Below are positions 42,401 to 54,154 of a DNA stretch of 64,000 nucleotides, piece by piece (the first letter of the stretch is position 1; each line of letters opens with the position of its first letter). A program made the translations under genes and the position numbers. The notes under the pieces are model-generated. The model saw nothing but the letters and a program-made list of their open reading frames with translations, had not been told where the DNA came from and searched no databases. This stretch comes from an uncultured bacterium (GTDB lineage Bacteria; Babelota; Babeliae; Babelales; Vermiphilaceae): contig CAVSFC010000002.1 of the NCBI GenBank assembly GCA_963727255.1, forward strand, positions 96,001 to 160,000, given 5' to 3'.

Positions 42401-42415
42401 AAAAAAGAGGCTTTC

Positions 42416-43411
42416 ATGAAGCAATCAAAACTCATTTTTAGTGCATTCGCAAGCATCATGATCTGCAATCTTAATGCAATGCAAACTGATAAAAAGCCGC
42501 TCCAAAAGATTGTATTTTTTCGAGGAATGAGCACCTTAGGCAAAGGAGAGCTCTGTAGAGAAATAGTTCGGCAAGGCTCAGGCTGGCAGCTGGTAAATGA
42601 TGATGATTGCACTATGGAGGTCGAGCTTGCGATGTGCCAAAAACAATTTCCCGAAGAATATGCCACCATCGCCCAAAGTATTGCCCCGGAAAATCTTTTC
42701 CATGCAATAAAACGCATTGAAGTTTTTTATAAGCCCGAAACAAGCGAAGAACAAAAACGGGCGGTGCGAGCTGCAATTGCCCGTATTAGATTTATCAATA
42801 ATAAACCCGGCATTTATCAAAAAGAAGAACGCCATCGGGAAATTAAAAATCTCATTAAGGATCGTATTCATGCAGCACTCAAAAATAACTATCATGTGGT
42901 AAATGATAGCTGGGTACTCACCCAAGCAGATTTTGCAGAGTTTGCGCAATACGATATTATTAGAACGTATTATTATATACCACTTGATCTGCTTATTACA
43001 TCCCTTATAAATACTAATAGAGAGACTTTAAAAACACACAATCTAAAAAACCGGCGATCATTTTGGCATATACTCAATTCATTTGATCGATTATTATCTA
43101 AAGGAGGAGGTGAACAGAAGCCTCTGGATTCCATCAGCCGAGAAAATTTTTTAGAAGCTTTGGCACGAATAGAAAAAAATCTGCCTAAAACTGCTCCCGA
43201 GTTCCGGCAATTCACCCATCAAGAAATGACTACCCAAGAACTCGATGAACGCCGCAAAAAATATCTTGCAAATATTGGCACTAACAAAGGAATGCATCTC
43301 TATCCGGATTTATCCTATGATATCATCATAAAAAAAACATCCCCGTCTGATGACCCTGGCATACAGGCACAAAAATTATTAAAACATGTTGAAGCCAAAG
43401 CACATTCTTGA
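42416..43411 (+). CDS. Exported P-loop NTPase/kinase-like protein
   Basis: IVFFRGMSTLGKG Walker-A-like motif; signal ending LNA|MQ. Confidence 0.65.
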   Translation: MKQSKLIFSAFASIMICNLNAMQTDKKPLQKIVFFRGMSTLGKGELCREIVRQGSGWQLVNDDDCTMEVELAMCQKQFPEEYATIAQSIAPENLFHAIKRIEVFYKPETSEEQKRAVRAAIARIRFINNKPGIYQKEERHREIKNLIKDRIHAALKNNYHVVNDSWVLTQADFAEFAQYDIIRTYYYIPLDLLITSLINTNRETLKTHNLKNRRSFWHILNSFDRLLSKGGGEQKPLDSISRENFLEALARIEKNLPKTAPEFRQFTHQEMTTQELDERRKKYLANIGTNKGMHLYPDLSYDIIIKKTSPSDDPGIQAQKLLKHVEAKAHS

Positions 43412-43483
43412 TCATTGCATTATGTGTCTCAACTTTTGTACCTTATTCTCAGTAATTATTTATTTATAAAAAGGAGCATCACC

Positions 43484-43687
43484 ATGCAACAAATGCCACA
43501 TGTTTCCAAAACCGTAAAAGGCCTTCTATTTTTTATTTCCGGGCTGATTCTATTTTTATATGTCACCAACATTATCACCATCGGACTGCAAATGGTCCTC
43601 TTGCTCGCATCAATCATCATAATGATTTATGGTTTTATCGAGATGGATGCATGGCACAAAATAATGAAACTCATTAATAGAAAATAA
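43484..43687 (+). CDS. Small two-TM membrane protein
   Basis: AAGGAG RBS; two hydrophobic segments. Confidence 0.7.
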   Translation: MQQMPHVSKTVKGLLFFISGLILFLYVTNIITIGLQMVLLLASIIIMIYGFIEMDAWHKIMKLINRK

Positions 43688-43817
43688 AGAAATAATAAGA
43701 AGAGAAAAACGTTTTTTTCAGCGGTTTTTCTCTTCTTTATTTTCAGATGTTGCGATTTCTACAGTTGGCCCCATAAACTCAAGATAGTTTATTTTCCATA
43801 TTTCAAAAGGGGTTACT

Positions 43818-44231
43818 ATGAATATCCATTCTCTCAAAAGTCTTTCAATACTCATCTTGATGAGCGGCGCTGCGTTTGCAATGCATCCGGCCCATGATCA
43901 AAAAAAAGAAACACTCAAACAAGCGGTTGTGGCTTCTGCTTCTAACAACCAAAATACAAAAAGTATATCACTCGCTTCGGTAGAAACTGCTGCAAGCAAT
44001 GCTAATCAAATAGCTACGGATGTTAGTAATACTGCAACTGCCATTGAGGATATTGCGGCTAACATAGAATCAACCGTCGCTAGTAATGCAAAAGATCCAG
44101 AACCTAAAAAAATACTTGAAGATGCTGGTGGAACCGCACTCGATATTCTTGAAGGAGCCCCTGCACTACTCTTAGCTGCTGTTGAAGATGTGGCAGCAGT
44201 GAAACAGGCTTCTCAAATTGCAAAAAAATAA
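43818..44231 (+). CDS. Exported Ala-rich hypothetical protein
   Basis: Signal ending AFA|MH; terminator hairpin AGGCTCCCA-CAGA-TGGGAGCCTTTT follows. Confidence 0.7.
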   Translation: MNIHSLKSLSILILMSGAAFAMHPAHDQKKETLKQAVVASASNNQNTKSISLASVETAASNANQIATDVSNTATAIEDIAANIESTVASNAKDPEPKKILEDAGGTALDILEGAPALLLAAVEDVAAVKQASQIAKK

Positions 44232-44346
44232 GTTCTGAGCTCGTTCAGAGGCTCCCACAGATGGGAGCCTTTTTATTAATTAGATTTTTGCCATTTTTAC
44301 TGAAGTAAAACCTGAACTTTTTAACAGCTTATAGGAAGGACCGCTA

Positions 44347-44871
44347 ATGAAATATTCTTCACTAGTATCGCTAGCATTGTTTTTTAGCATTCCGTTGCAG
44401 GCAATGGAAGAAAAAAATAACATATCTAAATTTTCAACCATCGAAGAACTTCTTGGTTTAGAATTAGCAAATTCTTGTACAGTTCAACCTCTCGAAGATT
44501 TTTTTGCTCCAGAAGCGCTTACTACTGCAATGAACACAGCTGATAGCATGGAAAAAAGCATTGCACAGGGTGACACTATCATAGGAAAATGGCGTGCTGC
44601 ACCAAACACAATCGGAATTCTTTCTGATTTAGAGCGAGTAACTGATGAACTGAGAACGAAATCTAATCTGTTAGAATCTTTTAGCAAAAGTTGTGAAACC
44701 CAAACTGCTAACTTAATAGAATCGGGCGCCTTTCAACGTTTAAATAAAACCTTAACTGCCGTCAAAGGAAGTTTAAGGTTTGATCCAATAGCGGTAATCC
44801 CAAATGAATTGGATCATCCAGTGCAGCGTTTTTTAACTACTATAAGCACTTTGAAGCTGCCAAATCATTAG
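44347..44871 (+). CDS. Exported hypothetical protein (signal peptide then ME)
   Basis: MKYSSLVSLALFFSIPLQA|MEE. Confidence 0.7.
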   Translation: MKYSSLVSLALFFSIPLQAMEEKNNISKFSTIEELLGLELANSCTVQPLEDFFAPEALTTAMNTADSMEKSIAQGDTIIGKWRAAPNTIGILSDLERVTDELRTKSNLLESFSKSCETQTANLIESGAFQRLNKTLTAVKGSLRFDPIAVIPNELDHPVQRFLTTISTLKLPNH

Positions 44872-44927
44872 GAGAATGGTTCGATACGACTGCTTTGCAG
44901 TCTAGCCCCATAAGCGGAGTAATTATT

Positions 44928-47900
44928 TTATTCAGATTTTTTGCGTTCCAAAGTTCCGGAATTGCTGACAACCACACGAACTGGATATGCAATTTCAATA
45001 CCATGTTCATGAAGGCGTTTTACGATCGCAAAACGAATATCGCTGGCAATATCCCACATATCAAGGGTATGATTCGAGCTTAAAAAGCCACGCACTAAAA
45101 ATACATAGCCAAGATCGGAGAAGTTTTCCAAACGAACAACCGGCCGCGGATTTTTAAGAACTACGCGGCTTTCATCAAGAACTCTCATCAACAGTTCTCG
45201 CACGTGAGCCGGATCAACTTTATAGGGAATCGTTACCATAATATCATCAAAGGCTATAAATCCGCGTGCATGATTCCAATTGGTCACGGTGCGCGATGTT
45301 ATTTGGGTATTCGGAATAATCACGGTGGTGCTATTTTTCCTGCGAACCTCAACCGAGCGCGGAGTAATCCGCCGAACCACCCCATTAGTGGTATCATCCA
45401 TAAAAATATAATCGCCTACTTTAATCGGACGTTGCACGATCAAAATAAAATAGGAGATTAAATCCGCTGCAGGATCTTTAATCACCCAACCAACACCAAG
45501 CACTAATGCTGCAATGAGATACCAAATCTGATCAGCAAGCCCAATCGATTGAAACCCAAATATAATTGCTGCAATGATGATTAAATATCGGATCAAACTG
45601 GCAATCGTATTTTGCACACCCGCATCGATAAGCAAAATATCAAAGATTCGCCCCAGTACAAATTTATTGATTGCAAATGCGATCAGTGATCCAATAAAAA
45701 CAAACCCGATAATCTTAAAAAGACTATAAAGCGAAATGGGCGATCGCGTATTTTCGAGCAAGAATGGGGTCTTGATCCATGCCATTACATCGGACCAACT
45801 TTGCACCTTCATGAGCACTTCTGGCCAATGCCAAATGCGCGCCGCAATCAATAGGCCGATGAAAGTGAAGGCGGCAAGAATAATTACTACCAATAATCCA
45901 TACCAGGTTTTGGCATAGGAGAATCGATCCCGCGCAATCTCTTCATCACTATCAAAATAGAAGAAAATTCGAGAAGAGACCCGCTTGAACCATTCCTGGA
46001 TCCAAAGCAAGAGCTGAATAAGGATAGCGGTATAAAAGAGCCGCTTAAGAATAAAGAGCACCAGCCGGCCATATCCAACATAGGGATTACTCATAACAAT
46101 TACGGCAATAAGGAATAATTGCAGGAAATAATAATAGGTATCAACCAGCTCATAAATCCATTTACCAAAATCGGATCGCGTTGAGATAAGGCTCAAGATT
46201 TGATCCTTTGAAAGCAATAGAATCGCCGCAATCTGGAAAATAATGAAGTTGATTGCAAGAAGAATAGTTGGCAATTCAGATTTGTGATAATTGCCTAAAA
46301 TAAATGCTTCGCGGAAGAATACGATAATAATTGTTGCATAAATCAGCGTAGAGAAAACTACTACAAAGCGTTCTTGATAATCTTTGCTCAAAAATACATA
46401 ATTATATTTTTCATTAAAATAGACCAAATACCGCATGAATCGATTGGCCAGATATAAAAGATAGGGTATTGAAAACAGATAAAATAGAATATATACATAC
46501 GGATCCGGGCATGGATAAAATCGCAGCAGAATAAATAGGGTTACCCATATTATAAGGCTCACCAGATGCTTAATCCCAAAACCTAAGAACACTGCCGTTA
46601 AAATACTGGTCCAGCGCACCCCAACGGGAGCCTGCTCTATAGAAACTAATTTATTGGTGATATAGGGAAGATATTTTTTGATTATGAGTAATCCAAAAAT
46701 AGCCAGCAGGAGCTTGAATAAAAAAGCTATCAATTGCCAGGGAGAGACAAAAAGGTTTTTTACTTTTTGCCATAAAGAAGAAAAATCGAGAGTGCTTACA
46801 TAATCTTTTACATCTTTTATAAATGCCTGCACATCCGGAAGACTATTTTTAATGCCATTCCATGAAATCGCATGTTCCGGGCGATACCAAATAGTAATGG
46901 ATCCAAGCTCCGCATTTATAAAATCAAGGTGTTTACCCGCATTGCTAATTTTAGATAGAATATCGGTATAAACCCCTGCAATCTTGCCCAATAAATCAAT
47001 CTGCTCTTGCACTTTCTCTTCCGCATGCTTGAGCAGTGCAACATACTGCTCATAATCAATTGAAGCATCTTTGAAGATTGAGTTTTTCTCATTTTCAGCA
47101 GCTTGTTGCTTTGCTTTGAGATTTTCAAGCGCCTTTTTTTGCGCAGTAATTAATGCGGTAATATTATTTTGTCGTTCTTTATACAGTGCATAGTTAGCTT
47201 TGTTTTCTGCCTTTGAAGTATCATATTTTTTTAGTTCTCGATTAACATCATCTTCGGTATTAAATCGGGATCCAACCATTTTAGAAAATGATTCCTTAAC
47301 ATTATTGCGCAGAGTCTCATCGCGTAAGGTTTCATCTTCGAGCGCTAATTGAGCTTCTAGAAGTTCCTTTTCTTCTTTTATTAAGCAGAAGCTCATCATT
47401 CAAAGTGCCAACTTGCGCAAGTGCTAAATATGCGGCAGCCGATCTCTTAGGAGCTTTTCCCATTCATCAAGCTCGGGGCCGAGAACAATATTATAGCGTT
47501 TGCTGATTGTTTCTAATTCCCGTGATTTATCTCTCTGCTCACTGCTAAGCTTATCAATCTCTTGGCGATAGCCTTCTTTGACCGTAAATGATTGCTGGCG
47601 CTTTTTATCAAGCTCTTCCAGCGTGAGAGCAACATCGGCTTCACTCACTTTAGTCAGCGGTTTAATGGTGAGCTAACGCTTTCTTAAGCACGCCTAACTG
47701 CTTCTTTTGCTTAGAATAACTTGGTTCTGATAAGCGTATATTTATATTCAGCTTCAGATATTCGCATTGCATCAAGGGCCTTGCGATCGTTAAATGCAAG
47801 TTCTGCCAATGCCTCAATATCCGCTTTTTGTTTTGTGCTGAAACCAGAAAGATCATTGATTCTGCCTGCTTCCGTATCTTTTTTATCTTTTTTTGATTGA

Positions 47901-48631
47901 TATGATTCGATCGTTAATTGTGCTGCTCGTTTACGATTATCAAGCTCTGCACTTGCATTTGCTTCTTGCTCGGTGAGTGTGGTGATTTCTTTTTCACGTT
48001 CCAGAATTTTTTCATACAGGGGCAATAAATCTTCATCAAATGAATATGATGTTTTATCTTTGCCTAAAAATGATTGGGCCAAATTTTTTTGATCAGGATC
48101 GGCAAGATACGCTTGATCAAGCTTATCAATATCACCCATAATTCTAATTACTTCGGCACGCGAATATTTAAGATCATTAAGGGATTGGAAGCGATCAAGG
48201 CTCAAAGCTAATTTTTGCTTAATATACTCATTTTCCGGAGTGACCCGAAGCGCTTGCTCAAATACAGAGATCTGATTTTTTAGCTGATCGGTTGTAGCTG
48301 TGGTATTGGTATTAAACTCTTTATCACTGGCAAGAAGCTCTGCTCGTTTTTTCTTGCGTTCAGCCATCCGCTCTTGCGTTTCTTCTGCGCGAGTGGTGAA
48401 AAATTTTTTTTCAGTCGGGAGTAATTTTTTTCCCGCTTCTTCGACAAGGGCTGCCCCCGCCAAATAGTTGCTAGGCGCAGCAATTAAAAGAAAAAGTAGA
48501 ACCCGTTTGCTTCCCATCCTTCGCCAGAGGCTTTGGCGGGCAGACTCGCATCCCGTTCTTCCTGAGTTTGTCGAAGGATCGAAACGAACGGTTACTATTT
48601 TTTTACTAAACTCTGAAAATCGAATATTCAT
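44928..48631 (-). CDS. Large MscS-family mechanosensitive channel with long coiled-coil periplasmic region (MscK-like; frameshifts near 47700 and 47410)
   Basis: QRPIKVGDYI...GVVRRITPRSVEV...IIPN; fragments 47711..48631, 47424..47648, 44928..47399. Confidence 0.85.
48513..48591 (-). repeat. Palindromic repeat pair in frame in the MscS leader
   Basis: Reverse strand GATCCTTCGACAAACTCAGGAAGAACGG matches AATCCTTCGATAAACTCAGGACGAGCGG; encodes VRFDPSTNSGRTGCESARQSLWRRMG. Confidence 0.85.
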
Positions 48632-48637
48632 ATGAGC

Positions 48638-49216
48638 CTATATAATGTCTAAAAAATGCACGGTTTTGAATACGTGAATGAGCGGATGAATCGCTATGCA
48701 ACGCCGCACCCATTCATGTAACGCTTGCTTTGTGTCTAAATGTATTGATTTATCCATGATAGTGTCAATAGATTCTCGCGCAAGATAATAATAAAATGGA
48801 TCTTCGAATCGGGGTTCATCAGGATGCATTCCCAGCAAGATCAACAATTTAAACAAAAAAGCAATCTTAAATTCATGCACATATGCAGTTGGCCGCTCCT
48901 GATAAAGCTGCATCACCGCATGAAAAATCTCAGGAACATTGCTGCCAAATGGTGCGCAAAAATAACAAATTTCAAGCACATGATGCAAAAAAAGAATATC
49001 TTCTTTGGCAAGCGAAAGCGGCATATCAATTAAATTGATCTCATGCAAAAAATAAACGGTTCCCCGCTGCTGCGCATGATAGGAAAGCAAAGAGCCGACT
49101 GCAAACTGATCGGAGGGCGGAACTCCTTCTATCTTGCCCAGTTGCTGATCAAGAACAACCATCTTCATTTTTTTAGGGAAAAATGTTTTAAGAATAATAC
49201 CGCTCTTTTTTTCCAC
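48638..49216 (-). CDS. recO: DNA repair protein RecO (divergent)
   Basis: GIILK...VLDQQLGKI N-terminal OB-fold pattern; FLFKLL.LLG.HP; size. Confidence 0.6.
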   Translation of the reverse strand: MEKKSGIILKTFFPKKMKMVVLDQQLGKIEGVPPSDQFAVGSLLSYHAQQRGTVYFLHEINLIDMPLSLAKEDILFLHHVLEICYFCAPFGSNVPEIFHAVMQLYQERPTAYVHEFKIAFLFKLLILLGMHPDEPRFEDPFYYYLARESIDTIMDKSIHLDTKQALHEWVRRCIAIHPLIHVFKTVHFLDII

Positions 49217-49334
49217 GAATAACCCTGCTTAATAATATCATAATAACCATCCTACCGTTCATTGCATGATTTGCCCATCTTTTATTTTTGTAACCCAGTA
49301 TTTTTACATTGCCAAAGTTAAATTTGCAGGAAAA

Positions 49335-49384
49335 TACCCGCCGTAGCTTGCCGAACCTGATGGTCCGGATAAGCGAAGGCTGGG
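49335..49384 (-). repeat. Palindromic repeat family copy (intergenic)
   Basis: Reverse strand CCCAGCCTTCGCTTATCCGGACCATCAGGTTCGGCAAGCTACGGCGGGTAT resembles 54233-54283. Confidence 0.8.
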
Positions 49385-49463
49385 TTTATCATATGACCCC
49401 CTTGATTTATCGGCAGGCATGCCATAGATTAAACGCGTACCCTTTGCCTCTAAAAGGAAAAAA

Positions 49464-51152
49464 ATGAAGCCGATTCTTTTACGTGCATTAGTCTGCACTC
49501 TTCTATGCTTTCCAGCCAGCATTTCTGCCGATTTTAAAAAGCCCCGTTTAACGATTATCATGGTGGTTGATCAGTTTGCCTATTCCTATTTGCGCAAATT
49601 ATCATGCTATCTTAACCATGGCATCAAATTTCTGATGCGGCATGGCATCGTATATGAAAACGCGCAGCATCCGCATGGCATGCCATCAACCGGGCCTGGG
49701 CATACTGCTTTGAGTACCGGGTGCTATGCAAAAGATCATGGCATCACATCTAACCATTGGGCAACCCCCTTTGGAAAAAAAATTGCATGTGATGACGATG
49801 ATCCAAAAACAGCCGCCGTTATTAATCCGCGCGGCGGATTTTATGATTTTGGCAAAGGCCCGCTGCATATTGAAGTTGATGGCATCAGCGATCAGTTTGT
49901 GATGAGCCAGGAACCAGGATCATCTCGAGTAGCTATTTCTCTTTCTATAAAAAGCCGCGCCGCCGTATGCACTGCCAATGAGATGGGAAAAGCAATTTGG
50001 CTTGACAGCAACACGGGCCAATTTACCTCAAGCAAAGCATATTATGATCAACTGCCTTCTTGGTTAAAACAATTTAATCAGCAAAAACGGCTCGATACAA
50101 TTACCAAAATATCATGGCCACTCTTTTTCCCGCGATGCAGCAAGGCTTACAATTTTAAATACATTGATAATTATCAATACAGCGCCCGCCCAAGCATAGT
50201 AGGAAAAACGTTGCCTATCGATTGGAACTCCGATGATCCATTCGAACTTTTTATTCGCACTCCGGCAGCAAATCAACTTTTATTTGATTTAGCCTTACAT
50301 ACTATCAAAACGCATGTCACCAGAAAATCGTGCCAAGAAATGATGCTTTGGGTTTGCCTGAGCCCGCTGGATATGGTGGGCCACGAATTTGGACCGCAAA
50401 GCCGCGAAGTTATCGATATGATTTATCATCTTGATTGCCAAATTGAGCGCTTTATGGATTCTGTTTCAGAATACCTCAAACGAACCGATGTATTATATGT
50501 ATTAACTGCTGATCACGGAGTAAGCCCAATCCCTGAACTGCTCAATGATGATGGGTATAGCGCAGCCACCCGCATCGATTACAGCAAAGTGATTCCGCAG
50601 ATTAATGACTCCATCAAAAAAAGCCTGGAAATTGATGAATATATTTCTCACTGCTTATCGAATCAACTTTTTGTAAATGAGAAAGTATGGAGAAGTTTGG
50701 GCCAAGAAAAGCAGGAAAAAGCATTGATGATCATCAAAGATACCTTGCGCTATCATGCAGGGGTAAAAAAAGTATGGACCGCTGAAGAATTAAAAAATAG
50801 CTGGTTCGATCAAGATATGCTCGAATCACATTTTAAATATCAGATGTATCCCGGCAGAACTGGCAGATATATTATTCAACCATTCCCCTATTGCGTTGCA
50901 GATGATTATGGAACCGGCACCGGGCATCGAACGCCCTATGAACCAGATACGCATGTGCCATTGATTCTATATCAAAAGCATAATCTGGAAAGCCGTGTGA
51001 TCTATGATAAAGTTTGGACGTTGCAATTGGCGCCAAGCCTTGCACATATTTTGCATATTCAACGGCCATCGGCTTGCACGGCGCATCTGCTTCCTGGTTT
51101 AATTGATTATGATCCTATTACCGGTGAAGTGTTACAAACGGTGGTTTTATGA
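49464..51152 (+). CDS. Alkaline phosphatase superfamily (PafA/PhoK-like)
   Basis: MVVDQF; STGPGHTALSTG; SIKSRAA; DMVGHEFGP; LTADHG; GH.TPY. Confidence 0.92.
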   Translation: MKPILLRALVCTLLCFPASISADFKKPRLTIIMVVDQFAYSYLRKLSCYLNHGIKFLMRHGIVYENAQHPHGMPSTGPGHTALSTGCYAKDHGITSNHWATPFGKKIACDDDDPKTAAVINPRGGFYDFGKGPLHIEVDGISDQFVMSQEPGSSRVAISLSIKSRAAVCTANEMGKAIWLDSNTGQFTSSKAYYDQLPSWLKQFNQQKRLDTITKISWPLFFPRCSKAYNFKYIDNYQYSARPSIVGKTLPIDWNSDDPFELFIRTPAANQLLFDLALHTIKTHVTRKSCQEMMLWVCLSPLDMVGHEFGPQSREVIDMIYHLDCQIERFMDSVSEYLKRTDVLYVLTADHGVSPIPELLNDDGYSAATRIDYSKVIPQINDSIKKSLEIDEYISHCLSNQLFVNEKVWRSLGQEKQEKALMIIKDTLRYHAGVKKVWTAEELKNSWFDQDMLESHFKYQMYPGRTGRYIIQPFPYCVADDYGTGTGHRTPYEPDTHVPLILYQKHNLESRVIYDKVWTLQLAPSLAHILHIQRPSACTAHLLPGLIDYDPITGEVLQTVVL

Positions 51153-52234
51153 TGAAAAAATTTATTATGTTAGCACTCCTGCTTACCGTTCATTCTGCAT
51201 TTCCATGCACATGCATCCGTTTAACCGCAAAAGATAACACAGTAGTTACTGCACGCACCTTAGAATTCGGCGCTAATCTTATTCAAACATCAATTATCAT
51301 CGTACCGCGCAATACTGCCTACATCGGAACAACAAAAAATAATAAACCGGGACTTGCTTGGCAATCAAAATATGCATTTCTTGGAGTAAACTCTTTTAAT
51401 TATCCGCATATTATGGACGGAATTAATGAAAAAGGCTTGTATGTTGGCCTTTTTTATTTTCCCGGATATGCAGAATATGAGCAAAGTGATGATAGCCAAT
51501 CAAGCATGGCTCCATGGGAACTGGGCACCTGGATACTGAGCAATTTTTCTTCCCTCGATCATCTGCAGGAGCAACTTGCAACTATTCATGTGGTAAGCGT
51601 GGCTAATCCCGAATTGGGAATTGTGCCGCCACTCCATTATATTGTAACCGATCGAACGGGCAAATCATTAGTAATTGAATATGTAAAAGGCATTTGCATT
51701 ATTCACAAAAATGAGATTGGAGTATTTACCAATTCTCCAACGTTTGATTGGCATATGACCAATCTGAAAAATTATATTAATCTATCTCCCATTAATGTTG
51801 CCCCCTTAGATCTTGCCGGCACCGTGCTTACCGGATTTGGGCAAGGAACTGGGTTTCTGGGATTGCCTGGCGATTTTACTTCTCCTTCACGTTTTATCCG
51901 TGCAACGGCGTTCTTAAAATCTGCAATTCATCCTTCAACGGCGCAAGAAGCAATAAAAGATGCATTCCATATTCTTAATTCCTTTGATATTCCCAAAGGG
52001 GCAGTGCGCGAAATTCAAAAGGGCGGGCATCATATTTATGAGCAAACACAATTTACCAGTGCTGCTGATCTAAAGAATAGCATTTTTTATTTTCATACCT
52101 ATGATAACCGTCAAATAAGAATGGTAAAAATTAATTCAATTGATCCAAATGGCAAAGAAATTCTCAAAATTTCGATGGACCAACCAGAAGAGATTCTTGA
52201 TATAACCACTCACTCAAAGAAGTTTAAAAAGTAG
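51149..52234 (+). CDS. Choloylglycine hydrolase / penicillin V acylase family Ntn hydrolase
   Basis: Signal peptide then CT...ARTLEF; DGINEKGL; FTNSPTF.WH..NL; GLPGDFTSPSRFIRA. Confidence 0.93.
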   Translation: MMKKFIMLALLLTVHSAFPCTCIRLTAKDNTVVTARTLEFGANLIQTSIIIVPRNTAYIGTTKNNKPGLAWQSKYAFLGVNSFNYPHIMDGINEKGLYVGLFYFPGYAEYEQSDDSQSSMAPWELGTWILSNFSSLDHLQEQLATIHVVSVANPELGIVPPLHYIVTDRTGKSLVIEYVKGICIIHKNEIGVFTNSPTFDWHMTNLKNYINLSPINVAPLDLAGTVLTGFGQGTGFLGLPGDFTSPSRFIRATAFLKSAIHPSTAQEAIKDAFHILNSFDIPKGAVREIQKGGHHIYEQTQFTSAADLKNSIFYFHTYDNRQIRMVKINSIDPNGKEILKISMDQPEEILDITTHSKKFKK

Positions 52235-52324
52235 AATAAATATTTCAAGATAATTCCAGTTGTGTTATAAGCGGACTGGTATTATAATGTATCCTATTGT
52301 TCCACAACTCATGCAAGGGATACT

Positions 52325-53131
52325 ATGATAGTAAAGACATTTTTGATATTCGCATCGCTTTTAACGGGTACTATTTTTAGCATGAATAAAAGTGAACTTG
52401 TCACATTGCCATATTCCACCAAAAAAACTAAACGTTTTCCACGAATTTATAACGATCAGTTACATATCTTAACCGTTAAAAGCGAGAAGAGCAAAAAGAA
52501 AAAAAGAGCCGCAAAAATTGCCGCATTACTGGAAGCTAAAAAAGCTAAAGAAATTACCACCCCTGAAGAATCAAAGCGAGAGACTACAATCTTGCGAAGG
52601 GAATTTATAACCAAGCAATGGCGAAATGAATGCAATCAGGATCTTCTCAGAGCACGGCCCTATGATAATTGTATGCATGTTTTAACTATGCAACAAATGA
52701 AAAAAAGCAAAATAGATTCAACTCCTCCTGCTATCTCTACGGCTAATATATCTGCAAAAAGTATTAGGTTTGAGGAACCCATAGTTTCAACCGTAACGAT
52801 TCAAGAAGAGCTTGTTACCTCGCCGTGGCGAAAAGAAAGCAATAAACATATTCGTCAACGGCCTTATGATCAGTGTATGTATGTCTTAAATACGCAAAGA
52901 AAAAACAGAAAAGTGTTCTCAGAAAATGCTGATACCAAAGGCTTGCCCCCTGAAAAGGCCCCACTAGCTCCTATATCTGAATTCCTTCATACAGTTGAAA
53001 ATTCCTCGGGAAAAATTGGTAACCAGGAGAATGAGATTGATGAGATGGAATCTGGAAATTTTCCATCAGAATATGGAAGTTTTGGAGCAGAGAAAAACCC
53101 TTTGATTGAAGAAATAGATATCATCACTTAA
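52325..53131 (+). CDS. Exported basic hypothetical protein with internal repeat
   Basis: Signal ending IFS|MN; repeats WRNECNQDLLRARPYDNCMHVL and WRKESNKHIRQRPYDQCMYVL. Confidence 0.7.
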   Translation: MIVKTFLIFASLLTGTIFSMNKSELVTLPYSTKKTKRFPRIYNDQLHILTVKSEKSKKKKRAAKIAALLEAKKAKEITTPEESKRETTILRREFITKQWRNECNQDLLRARPYDNCMHVLTMQQMKKSKIDSTPPAISTANISAKSIRFEEPIVSTVTIQEELVTSPWRKESNKHIRQRPYDQCMYVLNTQRKNRKVFSENADTKGLPPEKAPLAPISEFLHTVENSSGKIGNQENEIDEMESGNFPSEYGSFGAEKNPLIEEIDIIT

Positions 53132-53972
53132 GCTGATTTACTATTTTTTGATGAATCGTAAAATACATATTCACAGTCATTATCAAAGATGATATCTGGA
53201 TTCTTCTTGCTTATAAGCGCTAATAATTTTGCTTCAGCTTCAAAAATAGTACCAATTTCATCGATTAATCCCAATTTCAATGCATCTGGTGCAAAGTAAC
53301 TTTTTCCGTCTGCCCATTTTTTAGAATCTTTAAGATCGATGTTTCTGTTTTCAGAGACAAGTTTTACGAAAATCTCATATACCTTTTCGTTTTCTGATTT
53401 AATATATGCTCGCTCTTTTTCAGATAAGGTATGATACGGATGATAGATTCCTTTATATTCACCTGCAGAAAATAATTCAACCTCTAATTTTGCATCAAGA
53501 TTTCCCGTTATTTTTGGCTCTTTATATTTGGTAAGCTCGACTATGCTACCAATATGTCCGATGCTTGAAATGCTTTGCGCAATTGAATGAGTAGTCGCAC
53601 TCAGAACAAGATATCCACCAGATAAAGCAGAACCGAGGACTAAACCAACAACAGGTTTTTTTTCACTAACTTTCTTAACTAAATCATGCAAAGCCGAAAA
53701 TTTATCCAGCCACCCGCCACTACAATCAATATTTAACACTATTCCTGAAACTTCTTTATTCTTGGCTGCTTCAACGATGTTAAACATCACTTGAGAGATA
53801 TCGCAGCCTTCAACAATAGGAATCGCTGCTATTTTTGCTTTGATTACTTCTGACAATTTTTCTTGCTTTATTTGAGCAGGTAATTTGACTGCTTCCACGG
53901 GTTTTGACTGTTCTTCTGCAGCAGAACAAGACAATGCAAAAAGTAACATAAATGATATACTAATTTGTTCAT
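53128..53972 (-). CDS. sppA: S49 family signal peptide peptidase (SppA-like); probable frameshift just after the start
   Basis: IVLNIDCSGG; KKPVV...ALSGGY; GHIG; AGEYK; YEIFVKLVSENR; ALKLGLIDEIG. Confidence 0.88.
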
Positions 53973-54154
53973 ATAAAAAGCTCCCTAGAAATTAAGAATA
54001 AATCTATAGTTACTGATATTAACTAATATAAAAATATTAGCAATGGCGTTTGGAACTGATTAGGGCAGTGAAAACCTATTTATTTTAACTTTTTTTGACC
54101 CTTTTCTAGGAGATTCGGCCTCTTTAATGCGATTGAGGTCAGTTGGCGCTCTTC

